Source of the DNA: a virus
Taxonomy: Duplodnaviria; Heunggongvirae; Uroviricota; Caudoviricetes
Strand: one strand, 5' to 3'
Length of the DNA: 41,135 nucleotides
IMG/VR virus record: IMGVR_UViG_2909246061_000001
Span: 1-41,135 of that record
This document shows positions 9,318-18,481 of the stretch, one piece after another; the stretch's first letter is position 1, and each line of letters begins with the position of its first letter. The notes beneath the pieces were generated by a model, which saw only the letters and a program-made list of their open reading frames with translations, was not told where the DNA came from and did not search any database. A program made the translations under genes and the position numbers.

Positions 9318-9349
9318 GTTCAATTATGAGAACTTTCTAAGGGGGCAGC

Positions 9350-9859
9350 ATGTTTGATTACAAGATTTCCAAACATCCGCATTTTGATGAAGCCTGTAGA
9401 GCTTTTGCACTACGTCACAATATGGCAAAGCTGGCAGAACGTGCAGGAATGAATGTTCAGACACTGCGAAACAAACTCAATCCAGATCAACCGCATCAGC
9501 TCACCGCACCAGAAATCTGGTTGCTTACCGATCTGACTGAAGATTCAACGTTGGTAGACGGTTTTCTGGCACAGATTCATTGTCTGCCATGTGTTCCGAT
9601 TAATGAGGTGGCAAAAGAGAAACTGCCGCATTACGTCATGAGTGCAACTGCAGAGATCGGGCGTGTTGCTGCAGGTGCGGTATCTGGCGATGTAAAAACC
9701 AGTGCAGGTCGTCGTGATGCTATCAGCAGCATTAACTCTGTAACACGACTGATGGCGCTGGCGGCTGTTTCATTGCAGGCCCGTTTACAGGCTAATCCTG
9801 CGATGGCAAGTGCAGTTGATACTGTAACTGGCCTCGGTGCGTCATTCGGTTTGCTGTGA
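9350..9859 (+). CDS. cII: phage regulatory protein CII (186 CII-like)
   Basis: MFDYKISKHPHFDEACRAFALRHNMAKLAERAGMNVQTLRNKLNPDQPHQ closely resembles 186 CII. Confidence 0.8.
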   Translation: MFDYKISKHPHFDEACRAFALRHNMAKLAERAGMNVQTLRNKLNPDQPHQLTAPEIWLLTDLTEDSTLVDGFLAQIHCLPCVPINEVAKEKLPHYVMSATAEIGRVAAGAVSGDVKTSAGRRDAISSINSVTRLMALAAVSLQARLQANPAMASAVDTVTGLGASFGLL

Positions 9860-9866
9860 GGTGCTT

Positions 9867-10067
9867 ATGCTGACGAAAGAACCATCATTTGCATCGCTGC
9901 TGGTAAAACAAAGCCCGGCAATGCACTACGGTCACGGCTGGATCATGGGGGAGGATGGTAAACGCTGGCATCCGTGCCGTTCACAAGATGAATTGCTGGC
10001 AGAACTATCTACGAAAAAACGGGGGAACAAATGGCTATTGAAGGCGCTGCGGCGACTGTTCCATTAA
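9867..10067 (+). CDS. hypothetical phage early protein (66 aa)
   Basis: ATG at 9867 with GAGGTG RBS; overlaps the next ORF by 37 nt, so one of the two may be mis-called. Confidence 0.4.
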   Translation: MLTKEPSFASLLVKQSPAMHYGHGWIMGEDGKRWHPCRSQDELLAELSTKKRGNKWLLKALRRLFH

Positions 10068-10372
10068 GCCCCGGTGAACGCCTGAATGGACTTAACCATA
10101 TTGCGGAGTTAAGGGCGAAAGTATTTGGCCTGAATATTGAGTCAGAGCTTGAGCGGTTTATTAAAGATATGCGTGATCCACGGGATATCAATAACGAACA
10201 AAATAAACGGGCACTGGCTGCTATATTCTTTATGGCAAAAATTCCAGCTGAACGTCATAGCATCAGCATTAATGAGCTGACCACTGACGAAAAGCGGGAG
10301 CTGATTAAAGCAATGAATCATTTTCGTGCAGTGGTGAGCTTATTTCCCAGACGGCTAACCATGCCGAATTAA
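10031..10372 (+). CDS. hypothetical phage early protein (113 aa)
   Basis: ORF with GGGGA RBS; position corresponds to the fil/dhr region of 186-like phages. Confidence 0.4.
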   Translation: MAIEGAAATVPLSPGERLNGLNHIAELRAKVFGLNIESELERFIKDMRDPRDINNEQNKRALAAIFFMAKIPAERHSISINELTTDEKRELIKAMNHFRAVVSLFPRRLTMPN

Positions 10373-10439
10373 CCAACTAATGAAATTAATGGCGTAAACC
10401 CGCCGGGTATCCCTTTATCTAAATTCAGGAGAATTGATT

Positions 10440-10673
10440 ATGCGTAATATTGAAACCCTCACGACTAAAACCGGACCGGATGATGCAGGGCTTAATATTT
10501 TACTGACAGAGGCTCGTCTGGAAGAACGCCGGGCAAGGGCTGAAGCAATGGCAGCTCGCCTTGATAGCCTGGCGTGTCATATCACATCCCGCCAGCTAAA
10601 CCACGTCGAAGCAGCAGAACTACTGCGTGTAACTGCTGAAGCAATCCAGAACGAAGCGCAGGAGATCCACTAA
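10440..10673 (+). CDS. hypothetical phage early protein (77 aa)
   Basis: ATG at 10440 preceded by AGGAGA; stop overlaps the next start. Confidence 0.45.
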   Translation: MRNIETLTTKTGPDDAGLNILLTEARLEERRARAEAMAARLDSLACHITSRQLNHVEAAELLRVTAEAIQNEAQEIH

Positions 10674-10900
10674 TGGCTGATGCAATGGATCTTGTACAGC
10701 AGCGCGTTGAAGAAGAACGCCAGCGCCATATTCGTGCTGCCCGTGCCAAAACGCCGGGCGTGTCCCGCGTGCTTTGCATTGAGTGTGAAGCGCCAATTCC
10801 GCCAGCACGCCGCCGCGCCATTCCAGGTGTGCAGCTTTGCATTACCTGTCAGGAAATCGCAGAGCTGAAAGGCAAACATTACAACGGAGGTGCTGTATGA
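10673..10900 (+). CDS. TraR/DksA-family C4 zinc-finger protein
   Basis: CIECEAPIPPARRRAIPGVQLCITCQ four-cysteine motif; translationally coupled to dam (ATGA overlap). Confidence 0.7.
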   Translation: MADAMDLVQQRVEEERQRHIRAARAKTPGVSRVLCIECEAPIPPARRRAIPGVQLCITCQEIAELKGKHYNGGAV

Positions 10901-11754
10901 GCACCATCCTGAAATGGGCGGGAAATAAAACCGCCATTATGTCCGAACTGAAAAAACACCTTCCTGCTGGCCCGCGACTGGTTGAACCTTTCGCGGGTTC
11001 CTGTGCTGTGATGATGGAGACGGATTACCCCAGCTATCTGGTTGCGGATATTAATCCTGATTTAATCAACCTCTATAAAAAGGTTGCCGCTGATTGTGAA
11101 TCGTTTATATCTCGCGCCAGAGTTTTATTTGAGATCGCAAACAGGGAGGTGGCTTATTACAACATAAGGCAGGAGTTTAATTACTCCACTGAAATTACTG
11201 ATTTCATGAAAGCGGTATATTTCCTGTATCTCAATCGTCACGGTTACCGTGGTTTATGTCGCTATAACAAGAGCGGGCATTTCAACATTCCCTACGGTAA
11301 TTATAAAAATCCGTATTTCCCTGAAAAAGAAATTCGCGCATTTGCAGAAAAAGCCCAGCGGGCAACGTTTATCTGCGCCAGCTTTGATGAAACGCTGGCG
11401 ATGTTGAAGGCGGGGGATGTGGTGTATTGCGATCCGCCGTATGACGGCACGTTTTCCGGTTATCACACTGACGGCTTCACTGAAGATGACCAGTATCACC
11501 TGGCATCCGTTCTTGAACATCGGTCATCAGAAGGACATCCGGTCATTGTTTCTAACAGTGACACATCCCTGATCCGTTCGCTGTATCGCAATTTTACTCA
11601 CCACTACATCAAGGCAAAACGCAACATCGGTGTGGCAGCTGGAGAGGGTAAATCAGCAACAGAAATCATTGCTGTTTCCGGGCCGCGCTGCTGGGTGGGA
11701 TTTGATTATTCGCGTGGCGTGGACAGTTCTGCCGTGTACGGAGTACGTGCATGA
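10897..11754 (+). CDS. dam: DNA adenine methyltransferase (Dam-like, orphan)
   Basis: N-terminal ILKWAGNK…EPFAGSCAV AdoMet-binding motif and DPPY catalytic motif; no partner endonuclease nearby. Confidence 0.85.
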   Translation: MSTILKWAGNKTAIMSELKKHLPAGPRLVEPFAGSCAVMMETDYPSYLVADINPDLINLYKKVAADCESFISRARVLFEIANREVAYYNIRQEFNYSTEITDFMKAVYFLYLNRHGYRGLCRYNKSGHFNIPYGNYKNPYFPEKEIRAFAEKAQRATFICASFDETLAMLKAGDVVYCDPPYDGTFSGYHTDGFTEDDQYHLASVLEHRSSEGHPVIVSNSDTSLIRSLYRNFTHHYIKAKRNIGVAAGEGKSATEIIAVSGPRCWVGFDYSRGVDSSAVYGVRA

Positions 11755-14165
11755 GTCATGCCGATATGAACAACTGCTGCGGCTTTAACGAGGCTGCCGC
11801 AGCATTCTCATGGAACAGCCCGAAAAAGGCCATTAACCCTTATCTGGACCCGGCGGAAGTTGCGCCGGTTTCTGCGCTTTCAAACCTGATCACTCTGTAC
11901 GCTGCCGATAACGAGCAGGAACAACTGCGCCGCGAGGCACTGAGTGATCAGGTCTGGGAGCGTTATTTCTTTAATGAATCCCGTGATCCTGTCCAGCGCG
12001 AAATGGAGCAGGATAAGCTAATTAGCCGGGCAAAGCTGGCGCATGAGCAGCAGCGTTTTAATCCAGACATGGTCATTCTGGCGGATGTCAACGCCCAGCC
12101 TTCCCATATCAGCAAGCCGCTGATGCAACGTATTAAATACTTCAGCAACCTGGGCAGGCCAAAGGCTTATTCCCGCTATTTGCGTGAGACGATTAAGCCA
12201 TGCCTGGAACGACTGGAGCATGTACGCGACAGCCAGCTATCTGCATCTTTTCGTTTTATGGCAAGCCATGAAGGGCTGGACGGTCTGCTGATCCTGCCTG
12301 AAATGAGTCAGGATCAGGTGAAACGCCTGTCCACCCTTGTCGCTGCGCATATGAGCATGTGTCTTGATGCCGCTTGTGGTGATTTGTACGCCTCCGATGA
12401 TGTTAAGCCGGAAGAAATCCGCAAGACATGGGAAAAGGTGGCAGCAGAAACCCTGCGACTGGATGTCATACCGCCTGCGTTTGAGCAACTCCGCCGGAAA
12501 AGAAACCGCCGCAAACCTGTGCCCTATGAACTCATTCCGGGTTCGCTGGCGCGTATGCTGTGCGCCGACTGGTGGTATCGAAAATTATGGAAGATGCGTT
12601 GCGAATGGCGGGAAGAGCAGTTGCGTGCTGTCTGTCTGGTCAGCAAAAAAGCATCTCCCTATGTCAGCTATGAAGCCGTGATGCATAAACGTGAGCAGCG
12701 CCGTAAGTCGCTGGAGTTTTTCCGTTCTCATGAACTGGTGAACGAAGACGGCGACACGCTGGACATGGAGGATGTGGTAAACGCCAGCAGCAGCAACCCT
12801 GCGCATCGCCGCAATGAGATGATGGCCTGTGTTAAAGGCCTGGAGCTTATCGCGGAAATGCGCGGTGACTGCGCCGTTTTCTACACCATCACCTGTCCGT
12901 CACGTTTCCATTCCACGCTAAATAACGGCAGGCCCAACCCGACCTGGACAAATGCGACGGTAAGACAAAGCAGTGATTATCTGGTTGGCATGTTTGCTGC
13001 ATTTCGTAAGGCGATGCACAAAGCCGGATTGCGCTGGTATGGCGTGCGGGTGGCTGAGCCGCATCATGACGGTACAGTTCACTGGCACCTGTTGTGTTTT
13101 ATGCGCAAAAAAGATCGCCGCGCCATTACTGCTTTGTTGCGTAAGTTTGCCATTCGTGAAGACCGCGAGGAGCTGGGGAATAACACGGGACCACGCTTTA
13201 AGTCTGAGTTGATTAACCCGCGCAAAGGAACGCCGACAAGCTACATCGCGAAATATATCAGTAAGAACATTGACGGGCGTGGTCTGGCTGGCGAGATCAG
13301 CAAGGAAACGGGTAAATCCCTGCGTGATAACGCTGAATACGTGAATGCCTGGGCGTCTCTGCATCGTGTTCAGCAATTCCGCTTCTTTGGCATTCCGGGG
13401 CGTCAGGCTTACCGTGAACTGCGATTGCTGGCTGGTCAGGCGGCAAGGCAACAGGGTGACAAAAAAGCAGGTGCGCCGGTACTGGATAACCCGCGCCTTG
13501 ATGCAATCCTGGCTGCTGCTGATGCTGGTTGTTTTGCCACCTACATCATGAAGCAGGGCGGCGTACTGGTTCCCCGTAAATATCACCTCATCAGAACTGC
13601 TTATGAAATCAACGAAGAGCCGACCGCCTATGGCGATCACGGCATTCGTATTTATGGCATCTGGTCACCTATTGCAGAGGGCAAGATCTGCACTCATGCC
13701 GTGAAGTGGAAAATGGTTCGTAAGGCCGTTGACGTTCAGGAGGCGGCAGCCGACCAGGGCGCTTGCGCCCCTTGGACTCGTGGCAATAACTGTCCCCTTG
13801 CTGAAAATTTGAACCAACAAGGGAAAGACAAATCAGCTGATGGGGATACCAGAACGGACATTACCCGCATGGATGACAAGGAGTTGCACGAATACCTGCA
13901 CAGTATGAGCAAAAAAGAGCGCCGGGAACTGGCTGCAAGGTTACGCCTGGTGAAACCGAAACGGCGTAAAGACTACAAACAGCGAATTACAGACCATCAG
14001 CGACAGCAGCTCGTCTATGAACTGAAGTCCAGAGGATTTGATGGCAGCGAGAAAGAGGTCGATTTACTCCTTCGCGGCGGCAGTATTCCGTCAGGAGCAG
14101 GCCTGCGTATCTTCTATCGGAACCAGCGTTTGCAGGAAGATGATAAGTGGCGGAACCTGTATTAA
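11751..14165 (+). CDS. A: P2 gpA-type replication initiation endonuclease
   Basis: 804 aa; HUH-type motif VHWHLLCF and catalytic Tyr region [12 protein letters not shown]. Confidence 0.9.
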   Translation: MSHADMNNCCGFNEAAAAFSWNSPKKAINPYLDPAEVAPVSALSNLITLYAADNEQEQLRREALSDQVWERYFFNESRDPVQREMEQDKLISRAKLAHEQQRFNPDMVILADVNAQPSHISKPLMQRIKYFSNLGRPKAYSRYLRETIKPCLERLEHVRDSQLSASFRFMASHEGLDGLLILPEMSQDQVKRLSTLVAAHMSMCLDAACGDLYASDDVKPEEIRKTWEKVAAETLRLDVIPPAFEQLRRKRNRRKPVPYELIPGSLARMLCADWWYRKLWKMRCEWREEQLRAVCLVSKKASPYVSYEAVMHKREQRRKSLEFFRSHELVNEDGDTLDMEDVVNASSSNPAHRRNEMMACVKGLELIAEMRGDCAVFYTITCPSRFHSTLNNGRPNPTWTNATVRQSSDYLVGMFAAFRKAMHKAGLRWYGVRVAEPHHDGTVHWHLLCFMRKKDRRAITALLRKFAIREDREELGNNTGPRFKSELINPRKGTPTSYIAKYISKNIDGRGLAGEISKETGKSLRDNAEYVNAWASLHRVQQFRFFGIPGRQAYRELRLLAGQAARQQGDKKAGAPVLDNPRLDAILAAADAGCFATYIMKQGGVLVPRKYHLIRTAYEINEEPTAYGDHGIRIYGIWSPIAEGKICTHAVKWKMVRKAVDVQEAAADQGACAPWTRGNNCPLAENLNQQGKDKSADGDTRTDITRMDDKELHEYLHSMSKKERRELAARLRLVKPKRRKDYKQRITDHQRQQLVYELKSRGFDGSEKEVDLLLRGGSIPSGAGLRIFYRNQRLQEDDKWRNLY

Positions 14166-14259
14166 TTACGCGGGTTAACAATTCGTGCTCTTAATAATAC
14201 CAGGCATTTCAGGCTGATGAACGTAAAAAAACGTTTTACATCAGTAAGATTATTATATA

Positions 14260-14275
14260 CTGTAAATATAAACAG
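14260..14275. promoter_or_regulatory. LexA (SOS) box upstream of the small operon at 14318
   Basis: ctgtaaatataaacag is a perfect CTGT-N8-ACAG match, about 40 bp before the AGGAGG RBS and ATG at 14318. Confidence 0.55.
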
Positions 14276-14317
14276 TGGTTATATATACAGTATTACTTTG
14301 GTGTCATAGGAGGAAAG

Positions 14318-14506
14318 ATGCAGGACTATTTTTTGGAGTCTTTGAAGCTCCAGCGCATTGATTTTTTTCTTAAGCTTGTAGCGGCTAGTGAGTGTAGTGA
14401 TGAAGAGAAGGGGCTGGCTCTGCAGTGGGTTTCTGAATTGACTGATGAACTCATGGCAAAAATCAGAACCCACGAATACAACCGCTCAATGGATGTCATC
14501 AGCTGA
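14318..14506 (+). CDS. small SOS-regulated protein, possible Tum-like antirepressor
   Basis: 62-aa ORF directly downstream of the LexA box; functional assignment is by position only. Confidence 0.4.
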   Translation: MQDYFLESLKLQRIDFFLKLVAASECSDEEKGLALQWVSELTDELMAKIRTHEYNRSMDVIS

Positions 14507-14516
14507 GGTGACCTTT

Positions 14517-14750
14517 ATGCGCATTGAAATAATGATCGATAAAGAGCAGAAGATTAGCCAGTCTACCCTGGACGCCCTTGAATCCGAGCTTTACCGCAAT
14601 CTGCGCCCCCTGTATCCCAAAATGGTAATTCGCATCCGCAAAGGTAGCTCTAACGGTGTGGAACTGACCGGACTGCAACTGGACGAAGAAAGAAAACAAG
14701 TGATGAAGATTATGCAGAAGGTGTGGGAAGACGACAGCTGGCTGCATTAA
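14517..14750 (+). CDS. DinI-family protein
   Basis: MRIEIMIDKEQKISQSTLDALESEL…KVWEDDSWL resembles E. coli DinI (MRIEVTIAK…); track ORF 14445..14750 trimmed to the internal ATG at 14517. Confidence 0.7.
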   Translation: MRIEIMIDKEQKISQSTLDALESELYRNLRPLYPKMVIRIRKGSSNGVELTGLQLDEERKQVMKIMQKVWEDDSWLH

Positions 14751-14909
14751 GAAAAGTTGCTGGCGTCTGAACTTGGTTCTGGCGTCAGCAAGGTTGAACA
14801 ACGAGTACAGTGAGGCGTTAGGTGTGGCGTTTATTTGATGAGTGAACGCCCGTTCTGCGACAGGTTCGGAGATTAAGGTTGAAACTACGGGCAAAATACC
14901 ATCTTTTTC

Positions 14910-15335
14910 CTACTTAATTGAGTCCAGTAACAAGTTACAGTTACTCTCATTGTAGAGAGAACGAGCAATTAGTGTTACCTGCTTTCCATTCATTCCCGGC
15001 TTATCCCATAACACAGCTTCTTGCGACGCCACAAATTCAGCATAATCAATTATGCGTTGTTCGTGATCTGGTTCCTCATAGCCAAAGTATGAGAGCGCAT
15101 CGTTGTAAGCGTGGTAAGCTGCTTTCTGTAATATCTTGATATCGGCTGTAGGTACTTGCTCCGTGTAGCTAGGATCTAATTGTGTGCTACTGCCATAGAA
15201 TGCACATGAAAGGTAAGATATTGATTTCTGTTGAGCTTTAGTTCCTTTCTCATAGTTTTTAGCTGTTACCGCCTGAACTGGGACGCTAACAAAGCTTGCA
15301 ACCAGAATTAAAATTAATACGTAAAAGCTTTTCAT
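14910..15335 (-). CDS. small secreted protein of unknown function (141 aa, signal peptide)
   Basis: N-terminus MKSFYVLILILVASFVSVPVQA with probable cleavage after VQA; AT-rich; opposite strand to neighbours; on the A side of cos. Confidence 0.55.
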   Translation of the reverse strand: MKSFYVLILILVASFVSVPVQAVTAKNYEKGTKAQQKSISYLSCAFYGSSTQLDPSYTEQVPTADIKILQKAAYHAYNDALSYFGYEEPDHEQRIIDYAEFVASQEAVLWDKPGMNGKQVTLIARSLYNESNCNLLLDSIK

Positions 15336-15678
15336 TTTGACCTCAGCCGAAACGTTAGAGAGACTATCGAAATTTGTAAAACCCGTGGCGATTCAGTTTG
15401 AGATCCTCCCCCTTACATGATTTTTAATCAAATATATGCTTTTGTAAGCATACCTGTTAACCGAATTATTTATTTTTAGAGATCTTCCGACATACTGATT
15501 ATGCCCGCTGAGGAGTTCACCTTGCGTAAGGTCCGATTCGCTTTACTCGTCTGTGCATGTCTATGCTGCATGAGATTGCATGATCGTTTGAGGATCGTTT
15601 TTGCTAAGGCCCGCCAGAACTGGCGGGCTTTTGCGTAGATCATGCACCTGCATGAAAACCACTACATAAAGCGGGCAG

Positions 15679-15697
15679 GCGTGGCGGGGATACGAGC
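15679..15697. other. putative cos site (cohesive-end region) of the P2-like phage
   Basis: ggcgtggcggggatacgag matches the first 12 nt of the 186 cos (GGCGTGGCGGGG…) and resembles P2 cos GGCGAGGCGGGGAAAGCAC. Confidence 0.4.
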
Positions 15698-15763
15698 GCG
15701 CGCTTATTACTTTGATAGTACTCGGGTTATAATATGGATGACTATCTATCTCGGAGAATGTAC

Positions 15764-17416
15764 ATGTCATTAGACTATATTAAAGAACAGTTGTCAGACT
15801 TTATTTCATCTGCAGAACCTGAGGTAATGGCTATTCAGGGTGAGTGGGGGATTGGGAAAACCTATACTTGGAATGCTTTCTTAAAGGAAAATAAAAATAA
15901 GATTGCATTTAATAGATATAGTTACGTCTCTCTTTTTGGTGTTAATTCATTGGACGCATTAAAATACTCCATCTTTGAAAATACAATTACGAAAGATTTC
16001 ATTGGAAACAAACCTAATTTAAAAACAGCAACACAAAATGCAAAGGGGCTTCTTGAATCCTGCACTAGAAAGACCGCTCGTGTGTTAAAAGATACACCTT
16101 TTTTGAAAAATTTCACTACGACACTTGAGTCAATGTCATTTATGTCAATTACTAATGTTATTGTAGTCATAGATGACTTAGAAAGACGTGGTAAAAATTT
16201 AGAAGTGAAAGATGTCTTAGGGTTGGTTTCTTTATTGAAAGAACAAAAAAATTGTAAGGTGGTTCTTTTACTTAATAACGGGACAAGTGGTATGGATGAC
16301 TACTCCACTTATAAAGAAAAGGTTATTGATAGAGAGATTACCTATAATCCTACTCCAGAAGAATGTGCAGTTATAGCATATAAAAATAATTCTGATGTTC
16401 ATAAATTATTAAGCAAATACTCCATTTCCCTGGGTATTAAGAATATTAGGATACTGAAAAAAATAGAGCGGTTTTTGCTAGCCTTGTTACCTGGCATTAA
16501 CGTTAATTTTGAAAAAATTGCAAATGAAGTCGCACACTCCTTAACTTTGTATTGTTGGAGTCATTACGCATTTACTCCAGATGGAGATGTACCATCATTG
16601 GAGTATATTAGAAATATGAGAAATATCTATATGCGTGATGAAAAAGAGGATGGAAAAGAAAAAAAATGGCTTAATACTTTGCTTATATATGATTATAAAA
16701 AAACAAACGAACTTGATGAAGTCCTTATAGACATGGTAAAGCATGGATATATTGATATGAACAATTTCCAAAGGCAAGTAAGTCTAAGGAATGATGAACT
16801 TATCCGTGATAGTAAGCGAGGTTCACTGTTTGAAGCATGGAAGCTTTTCTATAATTCATTTGAAGATAACCGAAATCAGGTTATTGATAATCTATATCAA
16901 GCGGTGGTTGGTGGGATAGAGTATGTAACTCCAAGTGACTTGGATAGTGTTGTCGGACTGTATAGAGATTTAGGTGAAAATATTCAAGCAAGTGAATTAA
17001 TAAGTAAATTTATTAATTACGGCAATGATGCTCTTAAGGAATATGTTCAATCTATTTACATGAATGTTCATCCTATAAAAGATGCTGAGTTAAAGTCAAA
17101 AATCCAAGATTATTCTACTACTTTAAATCTGGATGGTTCTATAAAGGATGTTCTAATAAAATTATCAAGTCAGAATGGTTGGTCTGATAGGCACGAGGAA
17201 ATATTGGATGCTGCCTCAGAGGATGACTACTATGATTTATTTAAAAAAGTCATTCTTGATGGTGGTGATTCAATAATAGCTACTGCTCTTAAGTTTGGTG
17301 GGTATAGCAATGGTTCAGAAAGAATGAAACGCATCGGAGAAAAAGCGAGAAATGCTTTGATAAGAATTGGAAATGAGTCGAGCATTAATAAAATACGTGT
17401 TAGACGGTATTTGTAA
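15764..17416 (+). CDS. KAP-family P-loop NTPase-like protein (551 aa from the ATG at 15764); candidate anti-phage cargo
   Basis: Walker A GEWGIGKT (15839..15862) and Walker B VIVVIDDLER (about 16160..16186) in KAP-type spacing; GGAG RBS before ATG 15764; perfect TATAAT at 15728..15733; AT-rich; followed by a terminator hairpin. Confidence 0.7.
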   Translation: MSLDYIKEQLSDFISSAEPEVMAIQGEWGIGKTYTWNAFLKENKNKIAFNRYSYVSLFGVNSLDALKYSIFENTITKDFIGNKPNLKTATQNAKGLLESCTRKTARVLKDTPFLKNFTTTLESMSFMSITNVIVVIDDLERRGKNLEVKDVLGLVSLLKEQKNCKVVLLLNNGTSGMDDYSTYKEKVIDREITYNPTPEECAVIAYKNNSDVHKLLSKYSISLGIKNIRILKKIERFLLALLPGINVNFEKIANEVAHSLTLYCWSHYAFTPDGDVPSLEYIRNMRNIYMRDEKEDGKEKKWLNTLLIYDYKKTNELDEVLIDMVKHGYIDMNNFQRQVSLRNDELIRDSKRGSLFEAWKLFYNSFEDNRNQVIDNLYQAVVGGIEYVTPSDLDSVVGLYRDLGENIQASELISKFINYGNDALKEYVQSIYMNVHPIKDAELKSKIQDYSTTLNLDGSIKDVLIKLSSQNGWSDRHEEILDAASEDDYYDLFKKVILDGGDSIIATALKFGGYSNGSERMKRIGEKARNALIRIGNESSINKIRVRRYL

Positions 17417-17420
17417 TTTG

Positions 17421-17450
17421 GGAGGGGGATTTTCATCCCCCACACATTTT
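17421..17450 (+). terminator. rho-independent terminator between the NTPase gene and the portal gene end
   Basis: hairpin gggggat-tttc-atccccc followed by a T-rich stretch. Confidence 0.45.
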
Positions 17451-17452
17451 AT

Positions 17453-18481
17453 CTAATTCAATGAATAATCTTTGAAGGCTATTATTTTTTTCTTTAGCCA
17501 AATATTAATTTCTACAAGTCTTTTTTGTAAAGGAGTTAACTCATTTCGCACAAAAACGCAACTGGCTTTTTCTATATCCCCAACCCCCCCAACATTGTTT
17601 GGCATTATCCCCATCATCTGCGGCGGCACACGATGCGCCGCCATCATGTCATCCCGACTTACGTTCTTGATGTTAAGAAATTCATCCTTCGCCGCGACTT
17701 CTGACAATGGGATGATCTGAAGCCCGTCTTTTTTGCCGTTAGGCGAGTACATAAACAGGTTGCGGAAGTTGCCTGGACCTTTGGCACTTTTCATCGCGTT
17801 GCGGAGGTTGTTCACATCCTCCTGATTCTGCGCGGCGTCGGTCATGTACATGATGAAGCCTGCATGGCTGCCGTTGATGTAATACTTACGGCGGAACAGC
17901 GTGGCGGACTCGTTGAGCAGGGCGGATGGAATGGCAGAAAGATAGCCGGGCAGGCCGTAGATCTCCTGGTTGATGTCCGGTTCCATCAGATGAAAAATGC
18001 TGCCTTTCGTGAACTGATACGGCTGGGTTGTCATACCGTATTGCACAAACCAGTAGGTATCCAGGTCTAACCCACGTCGGGTGTATTTTGCCAGAGCAGG
18101 CTCAAGGGCGATAACTTCACCGAACCGGTTCGTGCGTTTCTCCAGGTAAGCGTTACCAAATACCAGATAGTCCTGCACAAAACGTGAAAAAGCCTGCTGG
18201 CTGAGAAGCGGGTGAGGGATGTAGGTACTGGTCAGAATGTTGCATTTCACCGCAATTGGTGAACTGTGATGCACGGCAGCGCGGAAGGTTCGCGCCAGTC
18301 CGTCAAAACTCACTGGCGGCTCATACCAGCGATCTGTCTGTACGCATTCTACATAGTCCAGCAGTTCGCGGCGGTCCAGAACAGGAACGGGATCGCCAAA
18401 GCTGAATGCTTCGGCTGAAGTCTGGCTTTTGTGCTGAATCTGGTTCGTCGACACAGCGCGGTTCTTCTTACTCTTTCCCAT
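17453..18481 (-). CDS. Q: portal protein (P2 gpQ)
   Basis: about 342 aa, same size and position as P2 Q; ATG at 18481 overlaps the P stop. Confidence 0.9.
   Translation of the reverse strand: MGKSKKNRAVSTNQIQHKSQTSAEAFSFGDPVPVLDRRELLDYVECVQTDRWYEPPVSFDGLARTFRAAVHHSSPIAVKCNILTSTYIPHPLLSQQAFSRFVQDYLVFGNAYLEKRTNRFGEVIALEPALAKYTRRGLDLDTYWFVQYGMTTQPYQFTKGSIFHLMEPDINQEIYGLPGYLSAIPSALLNESATLFRRKYYINGSHAGFIMYMTDAAQNQEDVNNLRNAMKSAKGPGNFRNLFMYSPNGKKDGLQIIPLSEVAAKDEFLNIKNVSRDDMMAAHRVPPQMMGIMPNNVGGVGDIEKASCVFVRNELTPLQKRLVEINIWLKKKIIAFKDYSLN

Noticed and set aside
12918-13640. 240-aa minus-strand ORF inside replication gene A
   Set aside because: Fully embedded antisense to gpA with no RBS or recognisable protein features; stop-poor frame in GC-rich DNA.
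15606-15633. Hairpin ggcccgccag-aact-ggcgggc followed by ttttg just upstream of the cos-like sequence
   Set aside because: Could be a terminator or part of the cos recognition region; there is no adjacent upstream plus-strand gene to terminate, so I left it unannotated.
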